A DNA stretch of 64,000 nucleotides from Hydrolagus colliei. Lineage: Eukaryota. Made by a program: the position numbers and the translations under genes. Position 1 is the stretch's first letter; each line of letters opens with the position of its first letter. The stretch spans positions 2,914,001 to 2,978,000 of the forward strand of contig CM068752.1 in the NCBI GenBank assembly GCA_035084275.1, read 5' to 3'. This document shows positions 54,742-64,000 of this stretch, piece by piece. The notes under the pieces were generated by a model. The model did no database searches, was not told the origin of the DNA, and saw nothing but the letters and a program-made list of their open reading frames with translations.

Positions 54742-56366
54742 CAGTGGCAAATCATTGAAATATTGAAAAATAAAATACAATAGTTAAAAGAATGTGGTTA
54801 CATTCTGCCATTTTATTAATGTAAACAAGTGCACTGAAGGGAGTTTCAGAAGTTCTCAACATATTTACAAGACATTTAAAATATAACGTTTTAATACACT
54901 TTGTGATTTGGATTACTTCCCTAGGAAACTATAAGATATGATTTTAAAAAATACATAATATGTATTTGCTTTGAAGCCAGAGATTTTAATCACACTTACA
55001 GCTGTAGTGGAAAGGTACAAGGTTCCAAAGTTTCATCTTTTAACAAACATAAATAAAATAATTAACCCCCAAAAGAGAGATTGCATTTGATTTGCTTTGA
55101 AAGGAGATAAAAAGTTCTGATTCCATTATCAGGAAATAAACGCGGGGCGGGGGGGGGGGGGGGGGGGGGAGGAGAGGATGTGGGGTGCGGGGGGAGAAGA
55201 GGGGGTGGGAAGGGAGGAGTGGGGAGGGGAGGAAGGTGGGAAAGGCGGAGGAGAGGGGTGGGAGGGGAAGGGAGAGGTGGCAAGGGAGAGTAGGAGCGAG
55301 GTGGGGGAGAGGGAGGAAGGGGCTAAAATTGTTTTGGGAAGAGTGAAATGATCAAACAGCTTAACTGAACTCCCCGTACCTTCCCACTCACACAGTTTGA
55401 ACACAAAGTCTCACACACATATCCCTGAAACGATAAGAAAACACAATTCCTTTGTCTTTGCCACCTGAAGGTCTTCGAAACCCTGAAAGCTGCTTTAACC
55501 CTCCCTCCCCCTACCCCCCCCCCCCCCCACCCCACACACACACACACACACACACCCCATCACCCCTCTCTCTTAGGCAGTATATGATTCAGGTGAATTT
55601 GCTTTCATCAGACCAGACAACTTTGCCGTTCTGATGACTCCATCAATTAATGAATGGAATTATCACCCATGCACCCGGAAATAAATTCTCGATATGCACC
55701 TATCCAATGAGTTACAGTACAGCTCTGTCAATCTAGATATGTTAGTTCACTATAATAATAATAGTAAGCTCTATAATAATTACATGTAAACATTTCTGGT
55801 TAGGAAATCTTTGAGGACTGAGAGGCAAGGCTACAGATACAGTGCATAGTTTAGACAACAGAAGCACACAATAAATTACGACGGGGAAAATAAAAATAAA
55901 AAAAACCGTTTCAATACATGTAAACTCTTACGTCGGAAAATGCAGCACGTGAAAGCATGTCGAAAAGACCCGCGAGATTACCCCCCACCCCCCGATTCCT
56001 CTTACAACTAACACTGTCTCCCAAACTACACACATCAAATATGCCATCACAAACTGCAGCTCCACTATTGCTTTACGTATATTTATGGGAAGGATAATCG
56101 ATAAAAATGGACTGCGGTTTTTACTAAAAACCCATCTGCACTTGTGACATCTGACATCTATCTACCCCAAAGAACCACAGACAGAAGCAGCTTTTTTTTT
56201 TGTAGTTCATGTAAACTTCATTTGTTTTCGTTGATTCGCTTGTAAGAGGACTACTTGCGTGTGTGTCCCGTGTTTTTTCTACCGGACAGAGGTAAACAAA
56301 GGAAAAGTGCCTTGGTTGAGGTATTGTGGGTATCCTCTGGTAGGCGGTGGATGTAAAGTAAGGCCG

Positions 56367-56470
56367 TTACCTTGTCAGGCTTCTTTGTGCCTCTTTCAGC
56401 AAAGTGTCGAAATCCAGCGTGTCATACTTGCTTTTAATGGGAGCGGGTTCCAAGTCCTCCGCGCTGCAAT
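56367..56470 (-). CDS. PPARGC1B: PPARGC1B terminal coding exon
   Basis: ttgcag|DCSAEDLEPAPIKSKYDTLDFDTLLKEAQRSLTR-stop. Confidence 0.9.
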
Positions 56471-59400
56471 CTGCAACAGACGGGAGAGGTTTCTGGTCGT
56501 AAAACGAGAAGGTTGCGGACGAGAAGGGTGAGCCCTCCGGGGGAATGTGGACTAACTCCCAGTTTCGGGTTAAAACCACCTAATTTCTGGTGTTTTAAAA
56601 TAGTCCCCCATTCTGCACTACCTAACGCAACATGCCAACACTAAACAGCACTAACCAATCTGTTATTAACATAATACTAATGATACCTACAACAACTTGC
56701 ATTAATATTATATATATATGTATATGTATATATACACACAGACATATAGTGCATTCATAGTGTCTTTGAAACACCTACTAAACGATTCTTAAGGTAGACA
56801 ATTAAATTCCATAATTTCAGCCAAGAATTACTTGGTACAAGTCTACTGCGATTCAAACGGATTTTTGGTTTAAACCTTAGGCTGAAGGTTAAGAGATGAC
56901 TTTGCTGGCTGTGTGTTCATTACACTACGCGCCACTCATTAAACGGTCAACTCTTCCCTTATTCTAAAAGTCTATGTGTGTTGGTTTCTGCTCCTTCTCT
57001 CTCCAGGGCTACAGTTACAGCTCAGAACAAGTGTCTCGATCACACACAGCTCCTGTTAATTTACCCCCGAACACCATCTTTCTGTGAACTCCCCATTTCC
57101 AGGCAATCTTACTGCTTAACATCACGACTAGCTGCGGTTACAGTCATGCCTTTTGGTCACTCGATCCACGACTGTTTTTGGGACGCCGCCTTACACAATT
57201 GGCCGCCACCAAATACACACACATTCTGTGAAGCACTTTGAGACATCTCAACAATGTGACAAGGCGTCGTACCAAATAAAATATTTATTATTTATTGATT
57301 ATTTATGCCTGTCCACCAGCAATGGTCACTTGTCGTGTATAAGATTATACTGCTGCACACTGTTGGATACTGGATCTCACAGGCACGGGATACTGTGGGC
57401 TAAACAAATAGCCAAAGAATTATCGGTGTACTGGCGTCCCCAAGGCAGAACATCTTCTGCAGTTCTATGCATGAAACTTGTAACTGTTTAATAACTATCT
57501 TACAGATTGTTAAATTAATCCATCGATTTATCATAATAATAATCCTTGCATTTGATATAGCGCTTTTTACTTCTTCTAGACGTCTCCATGCGCGTCACAG
57601 AATATACTGTAAAGTGAACTGACTTTACTTTACAAACTGACAATTGCGCACAGCAGCGTCCCCACAAACAGCCGTGGATTCAAGTGACCAAATCATTATT
57701 GTTTGTTTCTTGAGAGATTCTTACCAGGAGTAAGGAAGTAAGGAAATTCGCCCAATGTTTCGTCCCGCCTGGGGATTCGAACCCAGGTCTCTCGCTTGTA
57801 TGGCAAGCGCTCTAACCCCTGAGCTAAAGGACTCCACAATCCGTTGCCTCTATCTACCTATCTTACCTCTGCGTCCACCACATTATTGAGACCCTCTTAC
57901 AAGTGAAGACGAAAAAAACATCCCTTCCCTGTTCCTCCTCCGCCCCTCCCCCCAAAAACAGAAGCCGGGAGAAGAGAGCAAACGGCCATTTGCTTACCCA
58001 GATTAGTGTAACTGGCTTTGCAGAAGCGCCTGAGAGCTCCATAGTATAGCTGTAGGGCAGACGGGTCGTTCTGCTTCTGCGAATCATGCCCATTCTCCAG
58101 TGCGGTAGAGGCACCGTGACTGTAACGATAAGTGACCAATCCATACTGGTCACTGCGTCCAACACACAGACACGTTAACCTGGGCTCCCACCAAGACGCA
58201 CGTGAGACTCGTCCACTCACATACACCACAGCCCCGCCCGCTGTGTCAATAGCCCGTCTCTCTATGCATCCTCACCCTTTTACATCCCTGATACCCGTGT
58301 CTTTTAACCCCTCCGCGTCCACGTAGCGCGAGGCTCCACAACACACCGTTGCATGATAGGTTTATACAGGAGGTCTATATACTGCGTATAACCTTACCCT
58401 TTATCACAGGCAAGTACTTTGCATTCCTCAATCTCCCCAAAGCCTTCAAAGCGCCGCACCACCTCAGAGCGGGTCATCCCACACGTTAGCTTCCCCACGT
58501 AGACTATACGGTGTTCATCCTGAACAACAACAAAAATTACACTCACAGAGAGAGAAGCCTTTCACGTCGGGAGCACGTCCCGAGGCGCTGACAAAAACAC
58601 AAATGGCGCGGTTTCGCACTTGGAACGAACGGCGCAGGGAGTGCATGTGAAAGCTCTCTCGGGAGAGAGGGTGAGTGGGGGAGCTGGGAGAGGGAAGAGG
58701 GTAGGAGTCTGAAAGAGCAGTGACTGGCAGCAAAGCACAGAGCAGACTGGAGCTGCCCCACTCGCTGTGTGAGATGCTGGACAATAATTATAATATAATA
58801 ATAATAATCCTTGCATTTGACATAGCGCGGTTCACATCTTCTAGACGTCTCAAAGCGCTTCACAGAATATACCGTAAAGTGAATTTACTGTATATTTGCG
58901 GGTGAAACGCGGCAGCCAGTTGCACACAGCAGCGACCCCACAAACAGTCTTGGATAGAAATTACCAATTTTATTATTGTGGGCTTTTTTTTTGAAATATT
59001 ATGATTATTATTGTTAGGCAATGTGGAGTAAGGAAACTCGCCGAAGGTTTCACCCTGATTTGCCTGGATTTGAACACAGGTCTCACGCTTGCAAGGCGAG
59101 TGCTCTAACCTCTGAGCTCCACAATGGCTCGATCGCTCGCTTCTCGGCTCCTGTATTATTCCAAACAAAAATCCTGCCTGCTCACAACACCCTCCTCCAT
59201 TGATTCTCTCAGAGTCGACTGTGACGCAACCCCAACCAAAGCAGATTTGTGTTGTGGACTGAGCCCGCTGAGAAGCAGCCAAACACACACAAGCCGGCAG
59301 AATTACAAAGAATTTCTTATTCAGTCGGATCCACAGATTGCCCAGATTACTGCCGCGCTGAGCCCCAGGGTTCGACTGTAAAAAAGCACAATTCGGCTCC

Positions 59401-59736
59401 GACTGTGCGATAAAAGGTTCATAAAAGCTCTGAAAGCGGTTGTCTGAATAATAATATCTTTTTATATCAGACCAACGCACACCAAAGTCTCAGTTTACAA
59501 CCACAACCCGAATTGGTGATAAGATTAAATCCGTTCCCTGCTTTTGTTTCATGTCTTTTACATGGGTGGGGGAGTATATATTTTCCTCGCGGTGATGTGG
59601 AGGAGAGGGTGTGGGGAGTGGGGGCTGAACGGTACTGAGCATGGTCACAGTGGCTGGAAGATGCATTCTTTCCCTCCCTCCCTCCCAAGCACACACGCAC
59701 GCACACACACGCACACACACGCACACACACGCACAC

Positions 59737-59769
<33 letters not shown>

Positions 59770-60455
59770 GGATCAGACGAGAGAACTATTGTGATTAAAT
59801 CGCCACCCGCTGGCCAGGATTGAATTGAGTCAATCAGGATTGTAGCATTCTGTATCTCGTATCTATTGCAACACGCAAGAACAAAAAAATGCACTGTAAT
59901 GCTGACAGTAAAAAGAGGGAGATCTGGCTTCTCGTGTTACTGTCTGAAGTCCAGCCTATATATCTGCTCAGTGAGAATCACGAGGAAACGAGCCAACCCA
60001 CAGCTTAACTTTTGCTAAGAACATAAGGACTTGCGAAACCGAAATCGATCCTGGCAGTCGCCTGCGTCCCAAACTACACACTGTATATCCCACAGTGTGC
60101 TCCCTAAAATAAATCTATCTGATTTGCCTTGGAAAGAATCCACACTTTCTGCTTCCACTGTCTTGTCTCCCAAAGATATATACATTTACTACTCAGTGCT
60201 TCATCAACTAAATGAATAGGTGCCCCGGGTTGTAAATCAATGTCACTAACAATTTCCATTCTGCTGCCAGGACCTCCAACAGCAACAAACAACAGCGACG
60301 ACAACTTGCAGTTAGTAAAGCGCCCTTCACGCGGTGGTAGGGGGGGAGGGGGAAAGCGCCCAGAAGCTTCTCAATGGCACCAAGCGCAACGCTGGACCGT
60401 TGGAATGATCTCTGCAACCCCAAATCCTTCATCGGACTCAGGGAAGAGAGAGAGT

Positions 60456-60491
<36 letters not shown>

Positions 60492-63400
60492 CAAGGTCAA
60501 TCCTGGAACTCGTCAGTGGAGTTAGGGATGTCGGTTACCAGGAATGTGTTGGGAGGCTGAGGTTACATAGCGACAAGTCAGAGAATGTCGCGATGGAACA
60601 CATTGAAACCTTGTGATCCCAATACAACAACAATTTATACAATGCCCTCCATGAAGGGTAGCATCTCAGAACGCTTCACAATGGTGGAACCTGACTCCGA
60701 GCCGGTGGTGGGGGGGGGGGGGGAGCTGGAAGTGGGGGGGGGGGTGGATGTAAACACTGTCAAAGAGGTAGGTTTACAGGCAGGACTTGTAAAAAGTGAG
60801 AGAGTGAGCAACCCATCCCCGTGCTTAAGAGTTTCCAATGAATGGAATACACACAGTCTCCTCTCTCTCACCCCACCACCCTCACTCCCTTCCCTTCTCT
60901 CCGTGCGCTACTGGTTAGCGTCTCAACTGGAGTTGAAACAGTGAAGTGGGAGACAGATTCCAGAGCACAGCACTTGGGGCGTGTGGCTGTCAAGGGGCAA
61001 AGAGACAGGTCACCGTTACAGCTGTACTCACTATGGCTCGATTCCGCTTGTCCCTTTGGTTTGTTTTCTCAAAGAAGTCATCTTCCTCCAAATTCTGTCC
61101 CTCCAACAAATATCCGTCACCGCTGTCGTTCCTGCGGGGTTTCCACACGCGAAAAAAAAAATGTTACAACTTCCAATTAATAAGCGTTTTTTCCCAGAGT
61201 GTTCTGCTTACCAGGAAAACGGTGACCGAGTTACTGAGGTTAACGGTTAGAATAATAATCCTTGCATTTGACATCGCACTTTTCACGTCTTCGAGACGTC
61301 TCAAAGCGCTTCACAGAATACGCTGTAAAAGTGAATTGACTGTATATTTGTGGGCGAAACGCGGCAGCCGATTGTGCACAGCAGTGTCTCCACAAACAGT
61401 CGTGGATTGAAATGACCCATTTATTATATATATAATAAATATTGTGTGTGTGTGGTGTGTGTGGTGTGTGTGGTGTGTGTGCGTGTGTTTGTGTGTGTGT
61501 GTGGAGTAAGGAAACTTGCCCAAGGTTTCGCACTGACCTGCCTGGATTCGAAACACAGGTCTCACGCTTGTAAGGCGAGGAGGTTATTATTATTAAGGCT
61601 CACGCTGTGGTGATGGCCTGGTTGTGTTCTCTTGCTCTGCGCTGCACGACAACAATTACATCACCTCTGTATCGCGCCTTTCAGGTCAGGGGCGATCCAC
61701 GAGCACCACAACACGGCATAAACTGAGCCGTTTTGCTCTCACCCAGGTCACAGTCTGGGCTCCATTTCTTACCTGGCAGATTCTAGCTGCTCTGGGGACC
61801 TGGACTGTGGGTGTGAGGATCCATCGCTGTGGCTGTACTGAGGCCTGGACGCCGACCTGCCCGACAGATTGCCGTCAGTGGGAAGCGTGGACCTGGGCAG
61901 TGGCCGGGGGTCTGGGCATGAGGACGGGAGAGGCCGAGACCGAGGGTTAACGCCAAGCTTCTTCACCCTCTCTCCCTGCCTCTGACCCGAGCAACGGAGA
62001 CGCGGGTCAGAGTCTCGCTCATTGTCCTCTGGCGCAGGCGGCTTTTCCTCCTCCTCCTCCTCCTCCTCCTCCTCCTCTTCCTCCTCTTCCTCCTCCTCCA
62101 ACTCCTCAGGGAGGGCTTGCTCCGGGTAACCAAAGTGCCGGTACAATTTGGCCCGAATCTCTTGGTCTTTCATCGGCTTTTTCCTGCTGCTCTGGCTCGC
62201 CGGAGGCCGGTTCCGTTCCACCGGCTCCGCGTGACCAGCAGAGACCCTCGGCCTCTTTCCGCCGCAGGGCTCGCATTTGGCCTTGGGCGGGTGCTGGGGG
62301 CCACCGTGTGCCGTGGGCAGCCCCCAGAGTCTCAGGACTTTCCTGTCGGGCTCGGGCTCGGGCTCCGAGTTGTACAGCTGGCAGTAATCGTGGTCGCCAA
62401 AGCACCTGGCGTACGCCCGCTTCCCCTTCCTGGCATCGCCCTGGCTGGGCGTGACCGCGGCTTTGCTCAGGTAAGCGTAGAGCTCGGTGTCCTCCAGCTG
62501 TTTCTTCGCCAGGCGCTTTGGCGAGGAGGATGGGTTGACCTCACTCCGGTCGCCCGGTGCCAGCTTCAGCGCTGTCTTGAAGGGGTCGTCTCTGGCGGTC
62601 TTGTGGGGCGGAGTGGTGGGAGGCGTGAGACCTTGTGATACAGGCAACACAGAGCTCAGGTCAAAGGACAGTCATGGGGAGGGGAGGGAGGGAGGGAGGG
62701 AGGTTTCTAGGGTTTTTTCACGAGAAAATCATTTGCAGCATTGTCAAAAAATAGTCGAAACGTTCTTCTCAGACTCTTTCACCACCTCCACCCCTCCACC
62801 CCTCCGTTCCCATCCTCCCCACCTCGTTGTATAAATATAACGGATGCATGTGCCTTGGGACGTCCTCCCGACGTGAAAGGCACCCTATATATGTACTGGT
62901 GGTTATTGTGTGTAGGGAATCTGAGTTACAACAACAACAACTTACAAGTATATTTATAACTTACAAATAAATCTCACCCACAAGTATACAGTCCATTCAC
63001 TTTACAGTATATCCTATGAAGCCCTTTGAGACGTCTAGCGAAAGCGCAATATCAAATGCAAGATTATTATCATTACATTTATACAGCGCCTGTCACATCA
63101 GGAGGACGTCACCAAAAAAATCACGATGTTTTGACTGGGGGGGGGGGGGGGGGGGGGGGGTTGGAAATGGCTGGAGCGATCGGGCATCGCTGATGTGAAA
63201 GCAGGTTTTAAAATCCATTTACGTTGGCTTATTAATATTTAATCTGACAGCACAAAGCGTCATCAAATAGAATAAGTTACAGCCTTGAGGCAATGTGTAC
63301 CAGCGCCCACGCACTTATACAATGGCAGCTCCTGCCTGAGTGTGTACTGATAACTAATCACACAGCCTGTGCTAACAGCTCCCGCCAGCATGTAGAGACA

Positions 63401-63882
63401 GCATAGCAGCTAGCGCAGAATCGCAAACCGTTCTCACAGCCGCACCTGCTTTTCCAGGGCACCACAAACAGCGACTTGCGTTGATATAAAATAATCGTCC
63501 TTGTGTTTGATCAACGTCTTCGAGGCAGACGCCTCGAGGCGCTTGGCAGAATGTGGCGGAAAGTGATTTGACTCTGTAATTTGGCGCCAAAATAAAATAT
63601 AGTGAAAGAAGGACAAGGTGGGCGTTGAATAGATGGGCAACAAAGCTATAAAAATACCACTGCAGTACTCCTCGTCTCACTTGCTCTTCTCTGTCTCCTC
63701 ACCTACTGGCCTCACCCCGTCTCCTTGAACCCTTTGCCCCACCACTTGCCCCCACCCTCACCCGTGCCAGGGAGGAACGAACGCGAGTGGTCCTGTTGAT
63801 GTCCTTACCAGCCGTTCCGCACAGCTCCACACTCAGGGTCTGCTCGAAGGCTTTGCTCTCCAGAAGAGGGTCCTTGGAGTCG
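56367..63882 (-). CDS. PPARGC1B: PPAR-gamma coactivator 1 beta, 3' six coding exons (gene starts beyond the window end)
   Basis: [29 protein letters not shown] HCF-binding motif, acidic tract, RRM, and C-terminal DFDTLLKEAQRSL. No RS domain seen. Adjacent to PDE6A as in mammals. Confidence 0.88.
57998..58152 (-). CDS. PPARGC1B: PPARGC1B RRM exon b (155 nt)
   Basis: DQYGLVTYRYSHGASTALENGH...YGALRRFCKASYTNL|gtaag. Confidence 0.9.
58398..58519 (-). CDS. PPARGC1B: PPARGC1B RRM exon a (122 nt)
   Basis: DEHRIVYVGKLTCGMTRSEVVRRFEGFGEIEECKVL|gtaag. Confidence 0.9.
58795..59121 (-). mobile_element. DeuSINE copy in a PPARGC1B intron
   Basis: Same consensus, reverse orientation. Confidence 0.8.
59691..59769 (+). 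repeat. (CA)n/(CACG) microsatellite. Others at 5730-5769, 52315-52455, 60443-60491 (GA)n, 8544-8573 (GAGT)n
   Basis: Directly visible tandem repeats. Confidence 0.9.
61032..61131 (-). CDS. PPARGC1B: PPARGC1B exon (100 nt)
   Basis: cgcag|NDSGDGYLLEGQNLEEDDFFEKTNQRDKRNRAI|gtgagt; phase 2 to 0. Confidence 0.8.
61250..61580 (-). mobile_element. DeuSINE copy in a PPARGC1B intron
   Basis: Same consensus with an internal (CA)n expansion. Confidence 0.8.
61773..62631 (-). CDS. PPARGC1B: PPARGC1B large exon (859 nt)
   Basis: [11 protein letters not shown]...DTELYAYL...FGDHDYCQ...E18...QLESAR|gtaag. Confidence 0.9.
63809..63882 (-). CDS. PPARGC1B: PPARGC1B exon (74 nt)
   Basis: ctcttcag|[24 protein letters not shown]|gtaag. 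Confidence 0.9.
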
Positions 63883-64000
63883 CTGAAGAGAGGAAAGAAG
63901 CCGTCAGTGGGAGCGGACGGCGCCCCCAAACGTCAATCAGTTAACATCAGGCCAGAGGCCGACATTCGTGAATTATTAACAGTAACGAGGAGAAGAGCTG

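Overview
Vertebrate genomic DNA. The repeat content (a tRNA-headed DeuSINE, L2-type and CR1-type LINE ends) suggests a cartilaginous fish, probably a chimaera or shark; this is an inference. Four protein-coding genes were reconstructed by hand from splice sites and phases. (1) The 5' coding part of SLC26A2 (minus, 1-2004). (2) A complete 22-exon rod cGMP phosphodiesterase PDE6A (plus, 11486-29679, 856 aa, ending in a CSVS CaaX box). (3) A RING/B-box1/B-box2/coiled-coil TRIM gene (minus, 44435 to 32675; 11 phase-consistent exons, about 800 aa). (4) The 3' half of PPARGC1B (minus, 63882 to 56367). The order and orientation SLC26A2-PDE6A-PPARGC1B match human 5q32, but here a TRIM gene sits between PDE6A and PPARGC1B. 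The most unusual element is that TRIM's C-terminus. It has no recognisable PRY-SPRY/B30.2 domain. Instead a duplicated 79-nt + 59-nt exon pair brackets a GC-rich 945-nt symmetric cassette exon encoding 11-residue amphipathic repeats. Introns and intergenic DNA are dense in SINE/LINE fragments and microsatellites, and there are four assembly gaps. Repeat boundaries are approximate.
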